From the NCBI GenBank assembly GCA_046351675.1, contig JAXLYB010000002.1, positions 128,001-192,000 of the forward strand: a stretch of DNA of 64,000 nucleotides, given 5' to 3'. How positions within the stretch are numbered: position 1 is the first letter of the stretch; each line of letters begins with the position of its first letter. This document shows, in pieces, positions 21,469 to 29,577 of this stretch. A program made the position numbers and the translations under genes. The notes beneath the pieces were generated by a model that did no database searches, was not told where the DNA came from, and worked only from the letters and a program-made list of their open reading frames with translations. Source of the stretch: Myxococcaceae bacterium. GTDB taxonomy: Bacteria; Myxococcota; Myxococcia; Myxococcales; Myxococcaceae.

Positions 21469-22275
21469 ATGCGCGTCTCGACGTGGTTGCTCGCGGCGGT
21501 GGTGTGCACGGGCTGTCCTTCCATCGACAATCCGCTCCTCGGTGACGGTGGTGCGGGAGGTGGCGCGACCGGCGGTGGGACCACCGGCGGCGGCGCGGGC
21601 ACGGGTGGCGGCAGCGCGACGGGCGGCGGCGCGACGGGTGGCGGCGCGACGGGTGGTGGCGCGACCGGCAGCGGCACGGGCGGCGGTGGAGCCTGCGTGC
21701 CGAGCTGGCGCTGTACGCCGTGGCGCGAGGCCGACGGCGGCGCGGTGCGCACCTGTCTCGACGAGAACGCGTGCGGCGTGACGACGGGCCAACCGACCGA
21801 GGGGCCGCAGGCGATTCCGCAGCTCGACGCTCCGTATTACCGCTGCGTGGTGCAGCCGATTCTCGAGCGCTCGTGTGGCCAGCTGGCGTGTCACGGCACC
21901 GAGCAAGACCGCGCGCTCAAGCTCTTCGCGCGCGGCCGGCTGCGGCGCAACGAGACGGTGCCGCAGGTGTCGACGTGCCCGAACAACGGCCCGGTCAACC
22001 TGCAGATGGAGGGCAGCGCGACGGTGATGTGCGTCGGCTGGAGCCGCCTCACCGCGGGCGAGTGGTCGAGCAACCTCCTCTCGGCGCGGCTGCAGGGCGT
22101 GATGCTCAGCAACCCCGACGACAGCGAGCTGCTGCAGCAACCGCTCGAGACGAGCCCCTTCGCCCACGCAGGCATCAAGACGTGGAAGACGACGAGCGAC
22201 CCCGAGTACCAGGCGCTCAAGGCGTGGCTCGGCGGGGCGACCGCGAGCGCGTCGTGCGACGGAGGTGCCAATTGA
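21469..22275 (+). CDS. Lipoprotein with Gly/Thr linker and planctomycete-cytochrome-like CX4CHG motif
   Basis: MRVSTWLLAAVVCTGC lipobox. (GGGATG)n linker. VQPILERSCGQLACHGTEQDRALKLF resembles PSCyt-type heme-binding segments but with CX4CH spacing. Confidence 0.45.
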   Translation: MRVSTWLLAAVVCTGCPSIDNPLLGDGGAGGGATGGGTTGGGAGTGGGSATGGGATGGGATGGGATGSGTGGGGACVPSWRCTPWREADGGAVRTCLDENACGVTTGQPTEGPQAIPQLDAPYYRCVVQPILERSCGQLACHGTEQDRALKLFARGRLRRNETVPQVSTCPNNGPVNLQMEGSATVMCVGWSRLTAGEWSSNLLSARLQGVMLSNPDDSELLQQPLETSPFAHAGIKTWKTTSDPEYQALKAWLGGATASASCDGGAN

Positions 22276-22928
22276 AGCGCGCGTTGATGGGCTTCGCAGC
22301 GGTGTGCGTCGCGGCGTCGGGCGCGGCGCTGGCGTGGGACGGCAACAAGCTGTGGGAAGAGCCGACGACCGGCCCCATCAGCGGCGGCGCCGGCATCTGG
22401 GGCGTGGGCGGCAAGCAGGACAAGGGCATCACCTGCGCGCACTGCCACGTCGGCGGCCAGGGGCGCGTGGGGCTCGGCCTCGCCTTCGTGCCGGCGCTCG
22501 GCGCCAACGACGCGTACGTGCCAGGGCAGCGCTACGCCATCACCGCCACGCTCACCGGGCAGTGGCTCGGGCGCGGCTTCCAGACGTGCGGCCAGTACCT
22601 GATGTCGATGAACGGCATGGGCGCGGCGTTCGAGTTCCCCGACGGGCGCGTGGCGGGCGTCATCGAGTCAGACAACGCGCAGAGCGCCGCGAGCTGCCCG
22701 CAGACGGTGGCTGATCAGCTGACCGGCACCACCATCACCTGGAAGCGCTGCCACGCGGTGGTGGGCGGCAACCGCGAAGACCTCACCACCTGGACCTTCG
22801 CGTGGACGGCGCCCGCCGCGGGCTCGGGTCCCGTCACGCTCTTCTGGGGCGTGGTCGACGGCAACTGCGACATGACCAGCAAGAACGACGACGTGAAGGT
22901 CGGCCGCCGCGCGCTGGTCGAGCAGTGA
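22272..22928 (+). CDS. Secreted protein with a single CXXCH motif
   Basis: TTG (22272, TTGA overlap) or ATG (22287) start. Signal MKRALMGFAAVCVAASGAALA. ITCAHCHVGG. Confidence 0.45.
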   Translation: MKRALMGFAAVCVAASGAALAWDGNKLWEEPTTGPISGGAGIWGVGGKQDKGITCAHCHVGGQGRVGLGLAFVPALGANDAYVPGQRYAITATLTGQWLGRGFQTCGQYLMSMNGMGAAFEFPDGRVAGVIESDNAQSAASCPQTVADQLTGTTITWKRCHAVVGGNREDLTTWTFAWTAPAAGSGPVTLFWGVVDGNCDMTSKNDDVKVGRRALVEQ

Positions 22929-24119
22929 TCAGCTCTTCTTCGCCTTGAGGAACTGGTCGAGGCGCGCGAACGCCTCGCCGAGCACCTGTTCCGACGGGAG
23001 GAAGACGACGCGGAAGTGCTGCGTGCCGGCCTTCTGGCCGAAGCCCTCGCCGTGCACGAAGAGCACGCCCGTCTCGCGCACCAGCTGCAGCACGAATTGC
23101 TCGTCGCCGCCCGGCCACGGCGTCTCGAGCGAGGGCAGCGCGTAGAAGGCGCCCTTCGGCTCGACCACCGACACGCCCGGCATCGCGCGGAGCGCCTTCA
23201 CCATCAGGTCGCGGCGCGAGCGGAGCTTCTTCATCATCGCCGGCACGTGGTCCTGCGGGCCCTCGAGCGCGGGCTTGATGGCGTACTGGAACGGGCCCGG
23301 GCCGCAGAGGCGCGCGTCGGCCAGCCGCTGCACGGCGGTGACGACGTCGGGCATCAGCTTCGGGGTGTTGAAGACCAGCCAGCCCACGCGCCAGCCGGGC
23401 GCGAGGTACGCCTTCGAGAGTCCGTTGAAGGTGATGAGCGGCACGTCGTTGGCGAGCGTCGCGGTGGCCACGTGCGCGTCGTCGAAGAGCAGCTTGTCGT
23501 AGATCTCATCGCTCAACACGACGAGCGAGTGCTTGCGCGCGATGTCGAGCACCGCCTCGAGCTGCTGCTTCGTCGCGATGGCGCCGGTCGGGTTGTTGGG
23601 GTTGCAGACCAGGATGGCCTTGGTCTTCGGCGTCACCATCTTCGCGATGGCGTCGGTGTCGATGGCCCAGCCCTTCGACTCGTCGAGCGGGTAGCTCAAC
23701 ACCTTGGCGCGCAGGCGGGCGGCGATGGCGTTGTAGAGCGGGTAGCCGGGCGAGGGCAGCAGCACCTCGTCGCCCTCTTCGAGCAGCGAGGTGAGCGCGA
23801 GGTCGAGCGCCTCGCTGACGCCGGAGGTGACGAACACGTCTTCGGGGCGCACCGCGGGCTTCTGGGCGGCGGCGATGGACGCGCGCGCTTCCTTCAAGCC
23901 GGCCGAGGGCACGTACTGGTTGCAGTTGTCGCGCAGCGCCTTGTTGACCACCTCGACCAGGTGCGGCGGCGTCTGGAAGTCGAACTTGAGCGGGTCGCCG
24001 ATGTTGCAGCTCAGAATCTTCATGCCCGTCGCCTCGAGGCGCGCGGCCTCGGCGGCGATGTTGCGAATGGCGTACTTCACGTTCTTGATGTGGCTGGCGG
24101 GCTGGACACCGGTGGTCAT
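22929..24119 (-). CDS. Class I/II pyridoxal-phosphate aminotransferase (AlaA/AspC-like)
   Basis: Fold-type I order with PLP lysine in NGLSKAY, CNPNNPTG, and the conserved R near the C-terminus. Confidence 0.85.
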   Translation of the reverse strand: MTTGVQPASHIKNVKYAIRNIAAEAARLEATGMKILSCNIGDPLKFDFQTPPHLVEVVNKALRDNCNQYVPSAGLKEARASIAAAQKPAVRPEDVFVTSGVSEALDLALTSLLEEGDEVLLPSPGYPLYNAIAARLRAKVLSYPLDESKGWAIDTDAIAKMVTPKTKAILVCNPNNPTGAIATKQQLEAVLDIARKHSLVVLSDEIYDKLLFDDAHVATATLANDVPLITFNGLSKAYLAPGWRVGWLVFNTPKLMPDVVTAVQRLADARLCGPGPFQYAIKPALEGPQDHVPAMMKKLRSRRDLMVKALRAMPGVSVVEPKGAFYALPSLETPWPGGDEQFVLQLVRETGVLFVHGEGFGQKAGTQHFRVVFLPSEQVLGEAFARLDQFLKAKKS

Positions 24120-24242
24120 GGCGAGGCGCCTTATCGCTGATCACCCGGCGTCGGAAGTGACAGCACAGGTGGGCACGCCGCTGTGCGTCACAGGGAGCGA
24201 TGCCCCGGTCGGGTCCCGAGCGGCTACAACGTCAGCCGTCGC

Positions 24243-24821
24243 ATGACCGAGCGCAAACGCTGGCCCCGCCGCCTCTCGAACGTCATCGGCTTCGACGACG
24301 CCCCGCACGAGAAGGGGAGCGCCGGGCGGGTCGGCCTCATTGGCTGCGTGTGCTCCGGGCCGCGGCTCGACATCGTGGTGCGCGATTCCATCGAGAAAGA
24401 CGGCACCGACGTCACCGACGTGATGACGCGCGTGGTGAAAGACAAGCAACTGGTGCACGTGCGCGGCGTGTTGCTGCAGGGCATCACCTTCGGCGGGTTC
24501 AACGTGGTCGACATCCACCGGTTGTCGAAGTCGCTCGAGCTGCCGGTGCTCGTGGTGACGCGCAAGAAGCCGCGGCTGGGCCTGGTGTTCGACGCGCTCA
24601 AGCGGCTGAGCGACTGGGAGCCCAAGCAGGCGTTGATGGAAGCGGCCGGCGAGCCCGAGTCGTGCGGCGAGGTGTGGGTGCAGCGCGCGGGGCTGACCGC
24701 GGCCGAGGCGCTCGACATGCTCACGCGCACCACGCAGCACGGCATCATTCCCGAGCCGCTGCGGCTGGCGCACATCATCGCGGGCGGCACCACCACCGGG
24801 AAATCGCGCGGCCGCACGTGA
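24243..24821 (+). CDS. DUF99/UPF0215-family protein (predicted nuclease-like fold)
   Basis: MTERKRWPRRLSNVIGFDDAPH...GCVCSG...VRGVLLQGITFGGFNVVD matches the conserved DUF99 block order. This family is mostly archaeal. Assignment is from memory. Confidence 0.45.
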   Translation: MTERKRWPRRLSNVIGFDDAPHEKGSAGRVGLIGCVCSGPRLDIVVRDSIEKDGTDVTDVMTRVVKDKQLVHVRGVLLQGITFGGFNVVDIHRLSKSLELPVLVVTRKKPRLGLVFDALKRLSDWEPKQALMEAAGEPESCGEVWVQRAGLTAAEALDMLTRTTQHGIIPEPLRLAHIIAGGTTTGKSRGRT

Positions 24822-25543
24822 GCGCCCCTCGTCAGCGTGGCGAGCTGGTGCTCGGGCACAAGGCGTACCTCAAGATTCCGCACCTCCCCGGGTCGCGCAC
24901 CGGCTCGAAGGACCGCTTCATGCCGCGTGAGCAGGCGCGGTGGCTGACGCACGCGTGCAAGAGCAAGCACGTGGTGGTGGTGCAGGAAAAGCTCGACGGC
25001 TCGTGCGTGGCGGTGACGAAGAAGGCGGGCGACATCATCGCGCTCGGCCGCGAGGGCTACCGCGTGTCGGAATCACAGAACCCGGGGCGGCTGATGTTCG
25101 GCCGCTGGGTCGAGACGCAGCGCGCGCGCTTCGACTCACTCCTGCGCGAGGGGGAATGGGTGGTGGGCGAGTGGCTCGCGCTCGCGCACTCCACCCGGTA
25201 CGCGCTGAAGCACGAGGCCTTCGTGTTGTTCGACCTGTGCGAGCTGCGCGAGGGGGCGATTCACGCGTTCTCGACCGAGGTGACCGACGCGCGCGTCGCG
25301 GGTGGGTTCGCGCGGCCGCACGTGGTGCACCGCGGGGACGCCATCAGCGTCGAGGCGGTCGACGCGGCGCTCGGGGCGCATGGGTTTCATGGCGCGCTCG
25401 ACCGCGTGGAAGGCGCGGTGTGGCGGCTCGAGAAGGGTGACGGCGTGGTGCTGCGCGGGAAGTTCGTGCGGCCGGGGAAGACCGACGGCGCGTTGTTGCC
25501 TGAGAATTCGGGGCAGCCCGCGGTGTGGAACTGGCGGGACTGA
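24818..25543 (+). CDS. Small ATP-dependent ligase-type nucleotidyltransferase (RNA-ligase-like), KxDG motif
   Basis: GTG start overlaps the DUF99 stop (GTGA). Motif I VVVQEKLDGSCVAV (lysine-adenylation KxDG). Downstream motifs compatible with Rnl2-like adenylyltransferase domain (EGEWVVGEW, HEAFVLFDL, LRGKFVRPGK). Confidence 0.5.
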   Translation: MSAPRQRGELVLGHKAYLKIPHLPGSRTGSKDRFMPREQARWLTHACKSKHVVVVQEKLDGSCVAVTKKAGDIIALGREGYRVSESQNPGRLMFGRWVETQRARFDSLLREGEWVVGEWLALAHSTRYALKHEAFVLFDLCELREGAIHAFSTEVTDARVAGGFARPHVVHRGDAISVEAVDAALGAHGFHGALDRVEGAVWRLEKGDGVVLRGKFVRPGKTDGALLPENSGQPAVWNWRD

Positions 25544-25544
25544 A

Positions 25545-25649
25545 GCCCCTCACCGCAGCCCTCTCCCCGCTGCGCAGGGAGAGGGAGTCCGCGAGTGACG
25601 ACAAGTCTCCCTCTCCCTGCACAGCGGGGAGAGGGTCGGGGTGAGGGGC
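25545..25649. repeat. 105-bp nested palindrome formed by two inverted REP-like units
   Basis: gcccctcaccgcagccctctccccgctgcgcagggagaggga ... tccctctccctgcacagcggggagagggtcggggtgaggggc. Each half is itself a hairpin. Confidence 0.6.
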
Positions 25650-25652
25650 CGA

Positions 25653-26039
25653 CTATCTCTTCTTCACGCCATCGGGCTGCCCCGCAAACAACACCGCCGT
25701 CGGCTGCCCGCGCAGATACGCCGTCACAGCGACCGCCTGCCCACGCTCGAGGCTCTCGACGAACGCATCATGATCAGCCTCGATGACCTTCTTCGCGGGC
25801 GTGCGCGACCCAAACCGGTCATGCAGGTCCTCCCCCGTCAGCACCCAGATGCGCCCGAGCATCTGGTGATCCGACAGCTCGTGAACGGTGAGAATCCCCG
25901 GAGACCCGGTGCGCGAGGCCTGCTTCTGCGCCTCCCCGAGCGAGACATCACCCGCCGCGAGGTGCTGCGCGTCGATCAACGTCTGCTCCATCGAACGGTT
26001 CCACTTCACCCACAGTTGCCAGGCGGACATGCGCCGCAT
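25653..26039 (-). CDS. Hypothetical small protein
   Basis: GC3 above 80% over most of the ORF but it drops in the last ~90 bp. No motif recognised. Divergent from the tetR gene. Confidence 0.35.
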   Translation of the reverse strand: MRRMSAWQLWVKWNRSMEQTLIDAQHLAAGDVSLGEAQKQASRTGSPGILTVHELSDHQMLGRIWVLTGEDLHDRFGSRTPAKKVIEADHDAFVESLERGQAVAVTAYLRGQPTAVLFAGQPDGVKKR

Positions 26040-26092
26040 TGTGCGGCGGAACCCGCGGTGAAACCACTTCGACTTGCGCGACCCTCTTTAGC

Positions 26093-26106
26093 TGAGTATC
26101 TACTCA
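26093..26106. promoter_or_regulatory. Perfect 14-bp palindrome TGAGTATCTACTCA, candidate TetR operator, 7 bp upstream of the tetR ATG
   Basis: Lies in one of the few low-GC patches. Overlaps the position expected for the tetR promoter. Confidence 0.4.
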
Positions 26107-26112
26107 CTCGTC

Positions 26113-26688
26113 ATGGCCCGCCCGCTCGACGAGAACCGCCGCACGCTCATCCTCTCCGCGGCGACGAAGGTCTTCGCCGAGCACGGCCTCTCGGCCCCGA
26201 CGGCGCTCATCTCGAAGACGGCGAAGATCTCCGAGGGCTCGTTCTTCACGTACTTCAAGACCAAGGACGACCTGATCGCCGCGCTGTACGTGCAGATTCG
26301 CCGCGAGGTGGCCGCCGCCATCAACGACGGCTTTCCCGTGCGGGGCACCATCGAGCAGCGCCTCGAGCACGTCTTCACGCGCTTCGTCGGCTACGGGCTG
26401 CAACAGCCGCTCTCACGGCGCGCGCTGGCGCACCTCAACCTCGCGAAGGCGGTGACCGCGCGGCTGCGCACCGAGACGCAGTTGCTCTACGCCGAGGTCG
26501 ATCGCATCCAGGCTGACGCCATCGCACAGAAGCGGCTCCACCTGCCGCCGGTGTTGCCTGGCCCCACCATCGCGGCGCTGGGCGACATGACGCGCGAGCT
26601 CATCGAAGCCCACCCCGCGCAGGCGAAGACGCTGATGGCGGCGGGGTTCCAGATGCTGTGGGCGGCGCTCAACAGCAAGCCGGACTGA
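26113..26688 (+). CDS. TetR/AcrR-family transcriptional regulator
   Basis: HTH LSAPTALISKTAKISEGSFFTYFKTKDDL at the N-terminus, helical C-terminal ligand domain. Confidence 0.85.
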   Translation: MARPLDENRRTLILSAATKVFAEHGLSAPTALISKTAKISEGSFFTYFKTKDDLIAALYVQIRREVAAAINDGFPVRGTIEQRLEHVFTRFVGYGLQQPLSRRALAHLNLAKAVTARLRTETQLLYAEVDRIQADAIAQKRLHLPPVLPGPTIAALGDMTRELIEAHPAQAKTLMAAGFQMLWAALNSKPD

Positions 26689-26695
26689 GGTTGTT

Positions 26696-26715
26696 GGCTG
26701 AGTAATGACTCACTC
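26696..26715. promoter_or_regulatory. Second operator-like motif TGAGTAATGACTCACTCA upstream of the reductase gene
   Basis: Matches the 26093 palindrome at 15 of 18 positions and sits 20 bp upstream of the next ATG. Confidence 0.35.
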
Positions 26716-26734
26716 ATTGTCAAAGGAGCCGGGC

Positions 26735-27748
26735 ATGAGCACGGTGCTGGTCACGGGCGGTTCAGGGTTCATCGGAGGCCACGTGGTGCTCGCCGCCCTC
26801 GCGGCCGGGCACACGGTCCGCACGACGGTGCGCTCGCTGAAGAAGGAAGCCACCGTTCGCGCCACCTTGAAGCGCGCGGGCGCCGACGACTCGCGGCTGA
26901 CCTTTTACGAGCTCGACCTCGAGCGCGACGCGGGCTGGGCCGAGGCCGTCGCCGGGTGCGACTTCGTGCTGCACGTCGCCTCTCCGATGCCGCAGGGCGA
27001 GCCGAAGAACCCCGACGACGTGCTGGTGCCCGCGAGAGAAGGCGTGCTGCGTGCCCTGCGCTTCTCGCGCGACGCCGGCGTGAAGCGCGTGGTGCTCACC
27101 TCGAGCTGTGGCGCCGTCTATTACGGCCACCCGCCGCAAGAGGCCGCCTTCGACGAGACGAGCTGGACCAACACCGACGGCGACATGAGCACCTACGTAC
27201 GCAGCAAGGCGTTGGCCGAGCGCGCGGCGTGGGACTTCATGCAGCGCGAAGGCGGCGCGCTCGAGCTGAGCGTCATCAACCCGGCAGGCGTGTTCGGTCC
27301 GGCGCTGAGCACCGAGGCGCTCGGCTCGCTCGGCCTCGTGCAGCGTCTGCTGCGAGGGATGCCGGGCGCGCCGCGGCTGTACTTCTCGGTGGTCGACGTG
27401 CGCGACGTGGCCGACCTGCACCTGCGCGCGATGACGTCTGCGGCTGCGAAGGGCGAGCGCTTCATCGCGACGACCGAGGGCGTGCTGTCGATGCTCGACG
27501 TGGCGAACGTGCTGCGCGCGCGGCTCGGCGCGGCGGCGGCGAAGGCGCCCCGGCGTGCGCTGCCAAGCTGGCTGGTGCGCGTCCTCGCCCGGGTCAACCC
27601 GCAACTGCGACAGCTGTTGCCCCTGCTCGACGTGAAGCGCCAGGCGTCCAGCGCGAAGGCGAAGCGCGTGCTGGGCTGGTCGCCGCGCGCGCCGGAAGAC
27701 GTCATCGCCGCGACGGGTGAGAGCCTGCTGCAGCTCGGCGCCACGTGA
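26735..27748 (+). CDS. NAD(P)-dependent epimerase/dehydratase-family reductase (aldehyde/cinnamoyl-CoA-reductase-like SDR)
   Basis: MSTVLVTGGSGFIGGHVV Rossmann motif. Extended-SDR layout with catalytic Y...K (YVRSK). Confidence 0.8.
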   Translation: MSTVLVTGGSGFIGGHVVLAALAAGHTVRTTVRSLKKEATVRATLKRAGADDSRLTFYELDLERDAGWAEAVAGCDFVLHVASPMPQGEPKNPDDVLVPAREGVLRALRFSRDAGVKRVVLTSSCGAVYYGHPPQEAAFDETSWTNTDGDMSTYVRSKALAERAAWDFMQREGGALELSVINPAGVFGPALSTEALGSLGLVQRLLRGMPGAPRLYFSVVDVRDVADLHLRAMTSAAAKGERFIATTEGVLSMLDVANVLRARLGAAAAKAPRRALPSWLVRVLARVNPQLRQLLPLLDVKRQASSAKAKRVLGWSPRAPEDVIAATGESLLQLGAT

Positions 27749-27775
27749 TGATCAGAACCGCTAACGTCCGCTGGC

Positions 27776-29239
27776 GTGACGCCGCTCGAGAAGGCCGCCG
27801 CTGAAGGCAAGCTCGCGCTCGTCCGCGAGTTGCTCGAGTCGAACCGCTCGTCGTTGAGCTCGGCCCTCGGCACCGCGGTGCGCATGCGCCACCTCGACGT
27901 CGCGCGCCTTCTCCTCGAGCACGGCGCCGACGCGAACGGGCGCGACACCGAATGGTCGCCGCTGATGCACGCGGTGAAGTCGGGGCTCGACGCCGTTCAG
28001 CTGTTGCGCGAGTTCGGCGCTGACGTTCGCGCACGCGCGAAGGACGGAAAAGACGCGCTCCACGTCTATCTGGTGGTGACGCACTCGATTCGCGACGAGG
28101 TGACGGCCGACCTGGGCGTGGTGCAGTACCTGCTCGACGCGGGGCTCGCCGTGCGGAGCGGCACCCACTCGCACCTGATGGCGGCGTGCTTCACCAACAA
28201 CGCGTCCATCGTGGAGTTGCTCCTCGCGCGCGGTGCGGACCCCAACGAGCAGGGAATCCTCGGCGCGGTGGCGCTTCGCTCGCACGGACGAGAGATGTTG
28301 GCGGCGCTGGTGAGGGCCGGCATCGCGCCCAACGCGCATGAGGTCGACCGGTTCCGCGACACCACGGTGCTCACCGACGTCTGTGCGCGCGGAGATGTCG
28401 AGACCGCCACCACCCTGATCGACCGCGGCGCCGACCCGAACTTTCGCGGCACGAGCTCGCCGTTGGCCCGCGCGGTCGAGAGCGGCAACCAGGTGCTGGT
28501 CGACCTGCTGCTCGAGCGCGGAGCCCGCCCACTCGTCGCGCCGCTCCCCGAAGAGACCACCCGCGCGCTCGACCTCGCCGAAGCCGCCGCGCGCGCCAGA
28601 CCCGGCGACGCGAGCGCACGACTCACGTGGGCCAAGACGCTTCACGCGAGTGGCTTTCGCGCCGCTGCTGCGTGCGAGGCCGACGCGCTCCGCCGCACCG
28701 GGGTCGACGTTCCGCTCGAGCTCTCGTCGTTCGACGCGCACGGCACCCGGTGGACCTTCGTCGACCTGCCCCGCCTCGAGGGCCTCGCCCCGCGCACCAC
28801 CGACGAGCGCTATCCACGCGCGATGGTGAGCGAAGGCCGGCGCACCGTGCCGCTCCTCCTCACGTCGAGCCCGCCCTGCACCACCTGCGACGAGAAGGGC
28901 GAAGAGGTCTGCACCGACTGCGACGGCACCGGCACCCACTTCGAGCCCACCGACTTCGGCGACTTTCGCGAAGAGTCCTGCCCGACGCGGCAGCCGTGCA
29001 GCAACTGCTTCGGGCTCAAGTTCGTCGTGGTGGCGCGGCGCTTCAGCAAGGGCGCGTGCGTTCATTCCGAGCTCGACGAAGAGCTGACGGTGGGCCTCAA
29101 CGTCTTCCGCCGCTGCCGGGTGTGCGGTCTGGCGTCGATCTACGGCGAGACGCACTGGCGCTACCGCCGCGACGATTACTTCGCGTGCGCCGTCTGCGGC
29201 CGCTTCCTCTGCACCTGTGCCGCGAACACCGTCGGGTAG
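27776..29239 (+). CDS. Ankyrin-repeat protein with C-terminal DnaJ-type CxxCxGxG zinc-finger/zinc-ribbon cluster
   Basis: Seven or more ANK repeats (G.T.LH.A...G....V..LL..GAD.N). C-terminus CTTCDEKGEEVCTDCDGTG...CSNCFG...CRVCG...CAVCG. GTG start 27 bp after the reductase stop. Confidence 0.7.
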   Translation: MTPLEKAAAEGKLALVRELLESNRSSLSSALGTAVRMRHLDVARLLLEHGADANGRDTEWSPLMHAVKSGLDAVQLLREFGADVRARAKDGKDALHVYLVVTHSIRDEVTADLGVVQYLLDAGLAVRSGTHSHLMAACFTNNASIVELLLARGADPNEQGILGAVALRSHGREMLAALVRAGIAPNAHEVDRFRDTTVLTDVCARGDVETATTLIDRGADPNFRGTSSPLARAVESGNQVLVDLLLERGARPLVAPLPEETTRALDLAEAAARARPGDASARLTWAKTLHASGFRAAAACEADALRRTGVDVPLELSSFDAHGTRWTFVDLPRLEGLAPRTTDERYPRAMVSEGRRTVPLLLTSSPPCTTCDEKGEEVCTDCDGTGTHFEPTDFGDFREESCPTRQPCSNCFGLKFVVVARRFSKGACVHSELDEELTVGLNVFRRCRVCGLASIYGETHWRYRRDDYFACAVCGRFLCTCAANTVG

Positions 29240-29577
29240 TCACGCTCAGCCGATTCGTCAGCGCTGTATCGAACTGCGCACGAGCCCTACTGGGCAGAGA
29301 AAATGCTCTGGGAGAACAACGTCTCTACCCAGTGCGTGAACTTCGCCCGCAGTCGAGGGGCTGCTCGCGTTGAGCAGTGCCGAAGCCCTTCACACCACGC
29401 GTCGCCCTGAGGCCAGCCGCGCGGGAGAACAACTTCTCTACCCAGCGGTCGACCGTGGCGCCCGGGCCACGGTCTGATGCCGTGCCGAGCAGCGCCGCCG
29501 CATCGCGCGCCATCTTCACGCGGCCTTTCAGTCTCCGTCGCCGCCGCGCGTCGGCGCCCGTCATAAGGTCTCGACCC

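Noticed and set aside
21439-22167. 5' extension of ORF 20317-22167 (616 aa).
   Set aside because: The upstream 240 codons are Arg-rich and lie antisense to the lipoprotein gene 21469-22275. A good ATG with a signal peptide (MSIALALTLVL) lies at 21438.
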